The notes under the pieces: model-generated
Databases searched by the model: none
What the model saw: the letters and a program-made list of their open reading frames with translations, nothing else
What the model was told of the DNA's origin: nothing
Assembly: GCA_951406725.2 (NCBI GenBank)
Contig: OX597822.1
Span: 80,352,001 to 80,416,000, forward strand
Reading direction: 5' to 3'
DNA: 64,000 nt
Origin: Octopus vulgaris
Taxonomy: Eukaryota
In this document: positions 39,154 through 53,229 of the stretch, one piece after another
Position numbering within the stretch: the stretch's first letter is position 1
Layout of the letters: each line of letters opens with the position of its first letter
Made by a program: the position numbers and the translations under genes

Positions 39154-39224
<71 letters not shown>

Positions 39225-39799
39225 CATATTTATATACATATATATATATGCATATATATATAACTATATAAATGTATAAATGACATACACATGCACGCAC
39301 ACACATGCACACGCACACGCATTCACACGCACACACATGCACACGCACACACGAGCACACGCACACACAGACACACTCACACACGTACACAGATGCACAC
39401 ACCTATTTACGTAGCTGTATAGTTAATATACATTATCGATAGACACATATTCGTGCATTGATTCTGCTAATAAATATCAATGGAAAAGTTTTAGAAAATT
39501 CGCTTGCTAATGAGATAGAAAGTCGAGAAATGGAGGTGATAATCGTAGCGGTGGCGATGGTAAACAGTGTTTACGGGTGCGGTGCTGGTGCAGGTAGTGG
39601 TACCTGCTTTGCTGTTTTTGCAGATGAGGTTGGTGGTTGTAAAAGAAGTCACTGATGACGAATATTGTAATAATATAGATAATAAGTGTAAAATAAGACA
39701 ACAACAGCAAGAAAAAAATAACAATAACGTGGAATATCGTAATTGTTTACTAAGAACAAAATACTGGTGTTATTATTTCTGTTATTGACATTTTTGTAG

Positions 39800-40110
39800 C
39801 AGCAGCAGTAGTAGTAATGGTATTATTATTATTATTATTATTATTATAATTAGTAGTAGTAGTAGTAGTAGTAGTTGTAGTAATATTCTAGTAGGAGGAG
39901 GATTGCTAGTAGTAGTAGTAGTTGTAGTAATATACTAGTAGTAGTAGGAGTGCTAATAGTAGTAGCAGCAGTATTATTATTATCATTGTTATTATTATTA
40001 TTATTTATTATCTATTATTATAATAATAATTATTATTATTACTACTATTATTGTTATTATTATTATTATTAGTAGTAGTAGTAGTAGCAGTAGTAGTAGT
40101 AGTAGTAGTA

Positions 40111-40163
<53 letters not shown>

Positions 40164-40178
40164 TGTTCTTGTTGCTGT
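39800..40178. repeat. compound (TAG)n/(TAT)n trinucleotide block
   Basis: Direct inspection. Confidence 0.95.
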
Positions 40179-40179
40179 T

Positions 40180-40605
40180 ATTTAGTGAGAGAGCAGCGCA
40201 TGCCATCAAAGAGACGCTGGGGCCAAAGATATACGAGCCCCAACAAGGCTAGTGTACGTACTGGTCTGATAAGGGTCCACTAGCCACATGCATCACAACC
40301 ATATGCACGTGACATGGTGTCTTCATATCAAGATAAAAAAAAAGTCAGCACATAATGTTTAAGGTGTGACCCAGTTAGAAGTTTCTGCATGTCGAGTAGC
40401 CATTTCTGCTCAAACGGTCTTTGAATAAGGGTTGTTTAAGGATGATGAACAAAGCACCTATGTTTCCAGATGTGAATTATTCAAACCCCAAAGGAAACCT
40501 TCTGAGCACATAGCTCTGATGCCGCCCCCCCACCGCCACTGCTTCTGCTTGTAATCAGAGGTGGATGTATATCGTCAGCTACTAAGGGACATGCTCAATT
40601 GGTAA
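40180..40605 (-). mobile_element. repeat family D copy (inverse of 16490-16875)
   Basis: catcaaagagacgctgggg...ctgataaggg...gacatggtg...gaataaggg...gtttccaga...catgctcaa is the reverse complement of the 16.5-16.9 kb copy. Confidence 0.8.
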
Positions 40606-40935
40606 AAAAGTTCTACAGGCACGGGCGTGCAGTCAGTCGGACTTGTCCGAGATACACACGGAGCGATGAAACCGTTTTCTATGCTTTCATACAGTCTCCG
40701 TGTATTGCTGACTTGTGGAGCTTTGTCAAGTGGTTATTGTCACGTGTAGGACGGATCCGGCTATCGTCCGAGTTCATGGTGAAAATCGCCCCCACCTCCT
40801 TCCTTTGGTCGGGAAAGGAGGGCAATTTTTCTCTGCACGGTAGCTATAGCAAAAGAGGCTGCATGGTGAACGCGATTGAAAGGGTTGCAGACGGGTACGT
40901 TCCTCTTTGGCCAAGATCTCATTGACATTTTCATT
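40605..40935 (+). mobile_element. L1/Tx1-like LINE 3' remnant (zf-RVT region)
   Basis: TCPRYTRSDETVFYAFIQSPCIADLW resembles the degenerate CxxC...ETxxH...C....W zinc-binding motif. Confidence 0.6.
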
Positions 40936-40939
40936 CTCT

Positions 40940-41020
<81 letters not shown>

Positions 41021-41113
41021 AGGCGACGATGGTGTTCTTGATGATGATGTTATTGATAGTGAGGATGATGAAGAATATGATGATGATTATTATTATTATA
41101 GAATATGATGATG

Positions 41114-41148
<35 letters not shown>

Positions 41149-41169
41149 GGTTATTATTATTATTATTAA

Positions 41170-41221
<52 letters not shown>

Positions 41222-41605
41222 GCCAAGTTAATCATGATGGTGATCATCATCATCATCATCATCGTGAATATGCAGGTGGGTGATGCTGATCGGCAGATAA
41301 GATTATTTCTTTTCATTGCATGAAGCCATATTGAATTTTTCGTTGCAATAAAATATATCGATATTTTTACTTAATTATATCAACAATTAATTCCAAGCTG
41401 CTCTGCTGATATCACACCTCTGATAAATTGCTACTAATTTTCATGATCAATCAATTAACATTATCGATCACATTGAATATTGATGTACATCTCCTCATTC
41501 ACTTGCAGCGATATATGAATCTGTGTGTATGTGTGTGTGTATGTGTGCGTGTTTTGTATACCTGTGTGTATGAGTAGATATGTATGCAAGTGTATGTAAA
41601 CATAT

Positions 41606-41653
<48 letters not shown>

Positions 41654-41756
41654 ATGTATGTATACATATATATATATACATATATATATATATACATATA
41701 CACATACATATATATATACGCACATATATTTATATATACGCATACACTCACATATA

Positions 41757-41811
<55 letters not shown>

Positions 41812-42472
41812 GTATGTATATATATACATATATATATGTATATATACAGAGTGAGAGAGATGCTCTCAGATACATGCATACACACCATCACAAATGTATT
41901 AGATTATTTATTAGTTTTGTATTTTACGCATTCTATAATTTTATGGCATTCTTGTGTTGATTTCTCTCTATAATATAGAATGTATGTATGATCTGTAATT
42001 AGGTATACCATGTGCAACCCGCTTAGTATTTGAATTGAGAAGGTGTTATCATAAATATGAATGGCCAGATCCAGAGATCTGCTAATACCCTCTCATGTTA
42101 CATAACACACGTGCATGCACACGATCTGACTGCTGTATGTAGCAGGTCGAGACACAATCTGGCTTCAAGATTAATTATTGAGATAACATGGCCAAATCAA
42201 TGACGTAAAAAAGTGACAACCAGATTTGATCATATATGAGCTGAACATGTATAAAAGCCGCACCTCTGATTTAATTTTAGAATTTCGGCAGGAAACGTTT
42301 TCCTCTTATAGGTTTAGTTTTTCTACGTATAATCGTGGCACCGCATTTTTTTTTTTTGCAAACATCAAATATAAAACAGTCCGACTTAAACAAATAAATA
42401 CGGTATTCTTTTATAATTCGTGATATATAACTAGCTAATGATGATGATTTGTTTTTGTCTGTTCATCTAGTC

Positions 42473-42707
42473 TAGTGGTTCTCAACCGGAATCCGAAAAA
42501 ACACTTAGGGTCCATATAAGATTTCGTTGTTGAAATTTATATACAATATATTCGTTATAAGTCAAGAATAAGCAAAATATCTTAATTCGTATTTAACTGT
42601 AAAAATACAGTCGTATTTTTTTTATATGCATTATATGACTATGAGGGTTCATGTGAGTAAAATAGGTATTATAAGGGTCTATAGGCAAAATTGGTTGAGA
42701 ATCGCTA
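42473..42707. mobile_element. hAT/Charlie-like MITE
   Basis: TIRs tagtggttctcaacc / ggttgagaatcgcta; left flank atctagtc resembles the NTCTAGAN target; TSD not conserved. Confidence 0.7.
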
Positions 42708-43964
42708 GTGTATAGGCAACCCCACCCCCGAAAATCCGGGTATATTACTGTGAGGTACCTCAATTATATCCAGGATGTGAGTAGATCACCCACTCAGCAT
42801 AACGAAACCTAATAAGCTTTTGATCTATAAAAAAAAATGTTCATTTGTGTCTCGGATGCCACTTATGGCCTATTGATTGGTTGTAGCTTGTTTTTATTTT
42901 TAAATATTTTGAAATTCAAAGTGATAAAACGCGCGCACTCACACACACACTTGCATAAAATTGCGTATTCACATACACGTAAGTACACAGAGATGCGCGT
43001 ACGTGATACAAAGAAAATGAAGTCAATCTTACCAATTTCACCAGCAAAAATATAAACTTACCTGCAAAAGAAAAAGAAAAAGTACTTTAAATTTATTTTA
43101 AAATAAAGCATACTAATTTATTTAAATTATTTCAAATAAATAATAATTTTATTACAATAATTAGATTGTGTGTTTTCCTGCAAAATGATATAATGTAATA
43201 TAATATGATATCATATAATACGATATAGCATAATACAATATAAAATAATATAGTACAACATGATAGAAAATACAATAATATGTGTGATATGTGTGAAAAC
43301 AATATGTGTGTTATTTCAATTACGCAATAGACACGACGATCACATTTACATGAACACAAACAGTTCTAGCTACAGCAGATCAAAACCATCATTGATCAAA
43401 CACGTCATTGCGATTCATAACCATCATTACGGTAAATGCAAGTGAAGTATCTATGATAATCAATGCCACAGTCACAGCACCAAGATAAAGAACAACTTAC
43501 TGACAAGAAAATCAAATAAATAAGTGAAATAGAAATAAGAAAAAAAAATAACACCATGACCTCTGTAACTCCTCGCGTTACGAACATCTGAACTACGATA
43601 CTTGGAGGATAGTCAAAAGAACCATCAGGGACACGAGAAAACATTATCATCGTTATCGCCATGTAGACACTACCAAATAACAGCGAGACCGAAGGCATAA
43701 TATCTACCGTTAGTATGGCAATGAGAGTAAGGTTTTGTGACATTTCTATCCATTAGGTGATGAATATGAATATACTCTGCTAGAGAAGTTCAGAACCCAA
43801 CGTTAGGGATGAGGAAGGAAGAATTGTGCATTAAGATATTTGCTTGTTGGGAATTACAGAAACACGAGAAGTATGTAACAAATATATTTAAATTAACAAT
43901 TGCGTGTACTGCGTTGCTTATTATTGAGTATATTTATATGTGTGCGCTTCTGTTTGTCTGTCTG

Positions 43965-43995
<31 letters not shown>

Positions 43996-44018
43996 TGTAC
44001 ATATTTATATTCATCTAT

Positions 44019-44111
<93 letters not shown>

Positions 44112-44166
44112 TAGATAGATAGATAGATACACACACACGCACACATACATATATATGTACATATAT

Positions 44167-44205
<39 letters not shown>

Positions 44206-44227
44206 TACATATATACAGGTAAATATA

Positions 44228-44272
<45 letters not shown>

Positions 44273-44971
44273 ATATATATTGCATAAGTCCCATTTACTC
44301 TGCCCATTAATCAAGAAATATATTTATGCATATTATTAACTAAATTATCGTTGCGTTACGATGATTTAATAGTGCGTATGGCATTAACGTACCTACAAAA
44401 ACAACAACAACAACAACCACAACCACAACGAAATGCTAAATTACATATGTATTTTACTATTCTTCATTACATTAGTGAGACATACATTTGAAACATAGTT
44501 ATAGAATCAATAAAAAGTGGTTATACGGTAAACGGTAATCAGATTTTAGAATGAGTCAAACACCATATTAGTAAATGGGCGCCAATCGTTGTATAACGTA
44601 CATCCACTATATATTACATGTCAGCTTGCATCATATTATCAGTCCCTAACAAGAAAATCGAAACAAATTTACTGTATAGGTTTTATGAATGTAAGTATTA
44701 ATGAAGGCATTTATATAAAAGGATATATATAAAGGTCTTGACAATTAATTTGACAGCCTTCTTATATATATATATATATATATATACATACGTATACATG
44801 TATATATGTGTGTGTATGAGTGTGGGTGCGTGTGTGTATCTGTGCATGTTTGTGTCTCTGCCTGTTTTGTAAGTATATACGATTATAGTTTATATAAGGT
44901 TGTGTAGTTGTGATTGCTGTTTGATTTATGCATATGTACCGTTGTGTGTGGATATATATATTTATATAAAT

Positions 44972-45030
<59 letters not shown>

Positions 45031-45190
45031 CATATATACATATATATATATATTCATGCACATACGCACACATATATGTATATATGTATATATATATATA
45101 TATATAAATAAATATATATGTATAATTCTATAGGTGTGTGTGTGTCTGTGTATTAAATATAAAAGGAAAAACAGATAGACAGAAAGATAG

Positions 45191-45222
<32 letters not shown>

Positions 45223-46451
45223 GCAAAAGAGTCATATTGAGAGCGCGTGACAAGAACGAAATATTGGGAATATTATTTGTAATTTGCTTGTTCATCACCT
45301 CCTAAGAGAATCACATTTTCATATAAACATCACACACATACTCATGTGAAACGATGCGTCGTTTGTGTATATGTGCATATGCGGATAGTCATGCTCACAA
45401 ACACTGGGGAATCACAGACACTCTCACATATTAGTGTATACGAAGCATTACACTGTTGCTCACACGATACACCCCGACATCACAGTGACTCCTCGTACAT
45501 CATTGCATGTCATCATTAGAAATGACAGCTGTCAAACTCTATTCGCCTGACTGATTGAAAAGAGGTTTTACGCGCGCACACAAACACACACTGGCATACT
45601 GACACACACATGCACACACACACACACTGACATACTGACACACAAACACGCGCACATACACATATAATATATATGTGTGTCTAAATGGTCCAAAAATGGA
45701 GTTGTTGATATTACATTTATTCCTTCGCTACAATCGTTTCAACAATAACTGGTATAGACACACCAGCAATATAAACAACAATTATATAATAGTACAACTT
45801 ATTCTATGTGACCCATGCTCGCCTCGTAAACATGATATACTTGTATTGCTTTTTAACGGGTAACTCCACAAAGCCTGTTCATTTGAACTGGTTGGTCAGT
45901 GGACACTGTGCAGCATGAAGACCAAGACCGATCAAATATTGCATGAATTAAGGGGTTTTAACAGCCACCCATCTTCGTGATATATATATGCGCGAGAACT
46001 CATAAATTTCTGGTCTGGTAGCCAGGTGTGCATTTAGTGAAGCAGGGTATTAATATTCGTAGACTAAATGAGCACCTAAAGGCAACGAAACCACACCATG
46101 GACACCTTTCGTCCAAAAGACCGAGGAGTGTTGTTTATTGAGCTTCTAGTAAACGTTTGCACAAGATTTTTACAATTGGTATTTCAAGAAAGTGCAGCTG
46201 GTTCTACACAGTTATCTGTGTGGGTAGTCTAACAGATGTAATATTGGTTTCAAATTTTACTACAAGGCACGCAACTTCGGAAATGGGGTGTAGGAGGGGG
46301 TCAATCTGCATCGAGCTCGTTGATCAATTGGTACTCCTTTTATAGATCCTCAAATGGATTAAGGACGAATTTGGGCTCGTTGGAATTTAACAGCTTTAAT
46401 ATTGGCTGATAGATGCATACATCAAAGCCGGTGTGAGATTTTACTAAAAAC

Positions 46452-46798
46452 GGTAAAGGGTAAAGATCCCCTTCGGCTATTAATAACCATGGGATTGCAC
46501 CTAGAAAGGTACACTCCGAGGCACAAGCCCGGGCAAGAGTGTGTATGGAAAACCAGCAATCACCCATGCATGCTAGCCTCCCCTCTTCACGCCACCAATG
46601 TTATCCAAAGGAAAGGCAAAAGCTGACACAGCTTGGCACCAGTGACATTGCAACTCATTTCTACAGGTGTGTGAACAGGGGCAACATGAAATAAAATGTC
46701 TTGCTCAAGAACACAACACACAGAACGGTGCAGGAAACGAACTCACTACCCTATGATTGTGTGTCCAATGCTTTAAACGCTGAGGCTTGCGCCTTCAC
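46452..46798 (-). mobile_element. tRNA/CORE SINE with a distinct 3' tail
   Basis: Reverse complement head gtgaaggcgcaagcctcagcgttt...gtgagttcgtttcc, CORE-like gtgttcttgagcaagacatt, tail ending ctttacccttta. Confidence 0.75.
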
Positions 46799-47329
46799 AA
46801 GAGTGTTTACTACGCGTTAAACACACATATACTGGATGATGGAAAGATGTGGGGGCGGATAAAGGGAGAAAAGCCACAGGTGAGTAGAGAGGAAATTAGA
46901 TTAAAACAAAAAAATCGATTTGAATATGGCGGCTGGTCAAAAAAGGTTACTCTCTGGTTATTTTTATGCATGAAACTTGTTTTACTTATACTTTACGCTG
47001 ACATTTGACTTTGATGTAGACGGTCAATAACTCTTGAAACAGAAGATATAGGTTTAAATATGTGTGTATGTATTATGTACTTATATTTGCACATATCTGT
47101 ATTTATTCATGGTAACTTTCATATATGCGTGCAGGCATGCATATTTATATATAAACACTGAGGGAAACCCCACTCGCAATCATTCATACACGCGAGTACA
47201 CAAACCTATATGAAAATGTATAAGCCTAGTTGTATACATATATATATACATATGTAGATAAAACAACAAAAATATATGCACACCCACGCATATATATGTG
47301 TGTGTATGTGTGTGTGCGTAAAATATATG

Positions 47330-47373
<44 letters not shown>

Positions 47374-47689
47374 CCACATGCAGTCATATATATATGGATA
47401 TCTATATATATAAATATATTTGTATATATGTACACACACACACGCACACACACATATATACATAGATATATAACTATATATATATATATTTATATATATG
47501 TGTGTGTGTATGTATGTGTGTATGTACACACAAGCGCGCAAACACACAGAGACACACAGACACATATACATATGGAGTAAATTGCTATTTTCCTACAATT
47601 ATTTAGATAGGAACTGTAAAGGAATTCACAAAACTTCAGTTTATACTACAACAGCAACGGCATGAACAGCAACAACTACTGTTACTACC

Positions 47690-47726
<37 letters not shown>

Positions 47727-48597
47727 GTAATAATAACCTCGTAACTATAAAAAAAGATGTGCAACAGCAACAGGAATTCGCATCGATTTCGAAAGTGAAA
47801 CAAAACAAAAAACAAAGAAACCCAAGCAATGTGGGCGTTCTTGGAGAACAAAAGCTAAATAATGGATAATGACGTTGGAGCTTAAGAAAAAACCTCTGAG
47901 TTTGTATTAAATAATTAATTAATTTACAGGAAGTGGAACCTGCAAGGAAGAAAAACGGTAAAGTGCCGGCGTTTATATGAAGTATATATATTCATTTGTT
48001 TTCTTCTTTTTCGATTCGAAATTCTGTTGCTTTGTATTGATTATCTTTCATCTTGTATCGTTTGTCTTCTGCGTTTTACTGGTGTCGCTCATTGGACTGC
48101 GGCCGTGTTGGGGCACCACCTGGAAGGGCGTCGTCCAACAAATCGAATCCAGTACATATTCCTTTAAGTCTGGTACTGTTTTTGTCGGTCACATGACTGG
48201 TCTTAGAGATGTTTATAGGTTCGCCGCTACGTCGACTGCGAGGCCGCACAGACATGTGTGCAAAAATGTCCCCCAAATTCCAGGTTTCCCACTCCACCTA
48301 TGTTCAGCGAACACCACAGATGAAGCAAGGGTAATCAAAGTAAATACTTTCATACAAAAGTACGGACCAAGACTTAACAAACTTCAACAGTGTACACAGA
48401 CAACTATTCAGACACAAAACTCATTCTGCCACTTAACGTGAGAAACCTACACAGCTAATAACCTACGCTATAGTCACAGAACTACATACAAACGATTTCT
48501 TCCGTTCTCCCACCAGACATATTAATTTTGGAATGCCTTGATTAACTAAACATGTTCATTCAACCGTGTCGGCCTCATTTTTAGGCTAAAAATATAC

Positions 48598-48740
48598 TCA
48601 TTATTTACATTTGACAGATATTTGTCCTCATCGTGTTTGTTGTTAACACAACTTTTCGGCTGGTATGCCCTCCAGCCTTCATCAGGTGTCTTGGGGAAAA
48701 TTTCGAACTTGGGTTCTCATTCCTAAGGTATATTCCGATG

Positions 48741-48829
<89 letters not shown>

Positions 48830-48877
48830 ATTGTTGTTGTTGTTGTTGTTGTTGTAGTTGTTGTTATTATTATTATG

Positions 48878-48944
<67 letters not shown>

Positions 48945-49054
48945 TCTCTGTCTGGAAACGAACTGGGAATCTTGGGGTTAGTAGACCGTGCTCCTGTAAT
49001 GTAAATAATATAAATAATGTATATAATTCCTCATCTCTTAAATATAGAACTGTA
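48598..49054 (-). mobile_element. tRNA-headed, hammerhead-tailed non-autonomous retroelement
   Basis: Minus strand: tRNA-like segment with B-box (48941-48994), (AAT/AAC)n, HHR-bearing tail; inverted copy of the tail end (aatgtaaataat) beyond the head. Confidence 0.7.
48645..48690 (-). ncRNA. minimal type-I hammerhead ribozyme
   Basis: GACAC CTGATGAA GGCTGG-agggcata-CCAGCC GAAA A GTT GTGTT: intact core, perfect 6-bp stem II, stem I GACAC/GTGTT; GAAAA is found where GAAAC is usual. Confidence 0.8.
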
Positions 49055-49565
49055 TTATCAAAATATACTGTCACGTGACACTAACTCCCGGATGTAGCGG
49101 GAAACGTACAAAAATGTTATAACTTAATCATATGTTCCTTCTCTACCGACACTTGACAAAAAACATTTAAAGCATAGATTGTTTGAATGAGTTCGGTCCA
49201 CCGTATCAACCTTAACATACGACGCCAAACATTGTCACTTGATACGGACGTAGCGGGTAACCTATGAACATTTCTAAAACCAGTCATGTGACTATCCTCT
49301 ACCAATAACATCCTATTCAAAACATACTAAAATGAACCATGAACTCCCTATAAAAATAGGGGCAAGCTTCAAACACTATTCAGAAGCAAGACAGCTGCAA
49401 CATATGCCACGTCTTTCTATTTCAACTTTTTGAAAATCAGTGAAAACTGTGAAACCAGTTAAAGCTTTAAATATATTAATAATAAAAATATTTTAACTAT
49501 TCTCAGTGCATTTCCAACTTCTATTTTTCCTTTATTTCTACCCGTGTGGACTAAAACAACTCTGT

Positions 49566-49611
<46 letters not shown>

Positions 49612-50229
49612 GATCTAATTTAGTTTTATGTATGTTATATGACATTTTATGCAATTAAAAAAAGATGAATATGTTTGGGTGGAGGGATTTGCGGGTAATT
49701 TAACTGCTATTTCTGGCAAACCTAACGGTCAATCTAAATCTATCATCTGTCTATGAAAGGCTCCTCCTCGGTAGTTCATTGAGAAAATAAATGGCGGTTG
49801 CTAGGTTGGCAAATAATCAAATCGGTTAGTTCTGCCATATCTGCGTTGATCAATTAAGTAACTGGAGGTAATTCAATCGACTATATCGCCGTCGTCATCA
49901 TCATTATCCTCGTTGTCATCATCATCATCATCATCAACACCGTTATCGTCATTAGCTTCCTGCTCTTCTTTTTCCAGCCCTTCCTTTCGTTTGTCATAAT
50001 CGTCTTTATCTTCGTCGCCATCATTATTATCGTTCTCATTATCGCCATCATCTTCGTCAACATTTCTTAGTATTCATCGTAATCATCATCAACATCATCA
50101 TCGTCATAATCCTCATCTCCATGGTTATCGCCTCCTCTTTCCCCTCTTCCTCCTCCTCATCATGGTTATTCTCCACTTCCTGCTTCACTCCATCATCATC
50201 ACGGTTATTTTCCCCTTCCGCCTCCTCTT

Positions 50230-50288
<59 letters not shown>

Positions 50289-50772
50289 CCACCACCATCA
50301 TCAAAAACCTTTCCAAATTGGCGTTGTGCCTAGTTACAAGAAAAATATTAAGCTCTCCGTTGTAAACAGCTAAATTTAGTGCTGTGTTAGAATAACGGGA
50401 AAGTCATATAAATGTCTGCTGATGTTAATAATTTTCTGTATTTAATAGCATTATTAGTAACATTTCTCATGCAGTGGTCATTAAAAAGTTAATTAGAAAT
50501 AATTATCCCGCGAAGAATGTATATTAATCAATGAGTAAGATCATTTTAATTATTCCGGCCTGAATAGAAGACCGGTATTTTCCGGTTATATTTGATCAGA
50601 GAATTCAAATAACGCCGGGATCGATTTTGCTTTGGCTTCAGGGTCGATAAAATAAAGTACCAGTAAAACAGCCAATTTTGAACTCAAAATATAAAGTGCC
50701 GGAGATAAATATTCCATGGCCTTTTGTCAAAAACACTTGTAATACCAGTAATATAATGCGGTCATTTATAAA

Positions 50773-51225
50773 TCTCTTATTATAAAAGGCAGATTTTATC
50801 TGCCTCCCTTTGTCAGTTATAGAAATCTACAATATAGGATTTCTTCAATTACAATTTACCTAGCATTTTTAAGAGTAGAATGCATCGGGTCATGCCAGGT
50901 TCAGTTTTTAAAATTTAAACTCCAATTAAGCAAAATTTACAGAAAACTCACATTCTGGTGTGTATGTCAAATGCTTTTCTTAATGTGGTTTACACCACAC
51001 GCACACGCACACACACAGTGTGCAACGAATAAAATGAAAGTAATTCACTGTGTGTGTGTTGGCAGGTAGACAATAGAATGCGATGGCGATGGCGATGTAA
51101 TATTTGTTTCTGTCTATCACGCTGATAGATACATGAGTAAAATGTATGGCAAGCTAAGAGATAAGAGTGAGTGAAAATGTTCTTGGAAGAGAGTAAATAG
51201 CGAGAGTGATTTGAGGAAGACTTTA
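50773..51225 (+). mobile_element. possible Helitron 5' portion
   Basis: A|TCTCTTATTATAAAAG start resembles the 52330 Helitron start; no CTRR 3' end found. Confidence 0.4.
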
Positions 51226-51268
51226 CATTAAATAACCGTAGTGGCTTGTATATATATATATATACATA

Positions 51269-51535
51269 CATAAGACAGTAAGGTGTGATTTGAGGGAGAT
51301 TTGGCTGCTATTTCTACCATGTCTAGCTGCCATGTAGGGGGTCTCCCTCATAGGCTCATACATACATATAGACATAGATAAGACAGTAAGGTGTGATTTG
51401 GGGGAAATTTGGCTGCTATTTCTACCAGGTCTAGCTACCATGTAGAGGTCCCCCTCATTGGCTCATATATATATACATACATAAGACAGTAAGGTGTGAT
51501 TTGAGGGAGATTTGGCTGCTGTTTCTACCAGGTCT
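51269..51535 (+). repeat. tandem trimer of an approximately 105-bp unit
   Basis: ataagacagtaaggtgtgatttg.ggga.atttggctgct.tttctacca at about 51270, 51378 and 51481. Confidence 0.9.
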
Positions 51536-51599
51536 GTTAGGCCTTCTCATGTAAACTCAAGCTTTCTCATGCCTTGAACATAAGACCAAAGCAGAGAAT

Positions 51600-51815
51600 G
51601 TATTCTTTTATTCTTCTGCTTTTTCCAGCCACTGGTCTGTGGCCATGCTGGGGCAATGCCTTGACGAATTGTAGTTTAATGAATCAACTCCAGTTTTATT
51701 TTTGTAAGCATTGTACTTATTCTATCTGTTTCCTTTGTCAAACCACTAGATGACAGGGATGTAAACAAACCAACATTCGTTGTCAAGCAGTGGTGGAGGA
51801 CAATCACAAGCACAG
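51600..51815 (-). mobile_element. SINE family A 3' half
   Basis: gtggccatgctggggca...tacttattctatc...gttgtcaagcagtggtgg. Confidence 0.75.
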
Positions 51816-51855
51816 ACACGCACACACACACACATACATGCATACACATATACAC

Positions 51856-51886
<31 letters not shown>

Positions 51887-51908
51887 TATATATATGTGTA
51901 TATATATA

Positions 51909-52167
51909 TTGCAGCGTGGAAGGTGTTTGTAAGCCATTTAAGAAACACACAAAAACCGTTAGATTCACTTCAACATTTAAATTTAATTTGCCAAAATATT
52001 TTCGGCGCTTTGAGACCGCGACCTGTTCACTGACAAAAATATCGTGCTAACAGGTCGCGGTCTCAAAGCGACGAAAATATTTTCACAAATTAAATTTAAA
52101 TGTTGAAGTGAATCTAACGGTTTTTGTGTGTTTCTTAAATGGCTTATAAACACCTTCAACGCTGCAA
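51909..52167. repeat. about 119-bp-arm inverted repeat (PLE pLTR-like) with 21-nt spacer
   Basis: Arms 51909-52027 and 52049-52167 with few mismatches; the spacer contains an inverted piece (atatcgtg) of the downstream flank. Confidence 0.95.
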
Positions 52168-52329
52168 CTGTTTTCGTTCCAGCACACGATATCAGATCAA
52201 GTCACTTGCTATGCAAGTACATCTCTGTAACTATATATATATTTATATATATATATATATATATATTGGTAAAAACAGTAAGATAACAAAAGAAAGAAAG
52301 AGACCTCAATATTATGTAAATAGAGGAAA

Positions 52330-52724
52330 TCTTTATATATAACAGTGAGGTTGTGTGTCTGTCTCCTACGATTTAGATTCCTAACTACTCCCACATTTTG
52401 CGGTGCAGTTTAACCAAAACCGGGTATCTTATAGTCGTGATTCATATCGAGACCGTCTGGGTATTAGCGCGCGTCTACGATGAGTCTACGATTTAAAAAA
52501 AAATTTACCATCAATTTTTCCCATTTTTAATCCATTTTTGACATATATAAGGGAAGTAACTCTCTAAAATTTATTATTAAATCTCAGAACGTAAAAAGCT
52601 ACAGTAACACCCCTCCCCCTTTGTGGTTAGCCATATTGAGATGGCTATAATACTTTACATCTCTAAAAATGCTTATATAATTATTTCCCTTACAAACCCG
52701 AGCAACGCCGGGCGATACTGCTAG
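52330..52724 (+). mobile_element. non-autonomous Helitron, complete
   Basis: A|TCTTTATATATAA start, subterminal hairpin cccgagcaacgccggg, CTAG|T end, no TSD. Confidence 0.85.
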
Positions 52725-52736
52725 TATATATATATA

Positions 52737-52821
<85 letters not shown>

Positions 52822-53056
52822 CATATAAAGTTTATATAATGTTGTTTCTTGGATAAGATAAGCCATCATCGAATGCCTTGATCTTGCATGTTTATGGTTG
52901 CTTAAAGTTTTACCTGAAGATGGTGGAATTATGCTATGATATAATCTATGCATATATCAATAAAATTCTAACGAAACAGCTGTAGTAAATTATAAACTCC
53001 ATTTGTGATCGTCTTTTAAAATAGTGTAGAATATATTTATAAAACATGTTCGTATA

Positions 53057-53111
<55 letters not shown>

Positions 53112-53168
53112 TCATGTACATGTACATACATTTATACATATACATCTTTCTAAATAATTATCTACCTG

Positions 53169-53229
<61 letters not shown>

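Larger units (their letters stand above)
48188..49292. mobile_element. putative non-autonomous DNA transposon with about 46-bp TIRs, interrupted by the HHR element
   Basis: gtcacatgactggtcttagagatgtttataggttcgccgctacgtc (48188-48233) is the inverse of gacgtagcgggtaacctatgaacatttctaaaaccagtcatgtgac (49247-49292). Confidence 0.65.
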
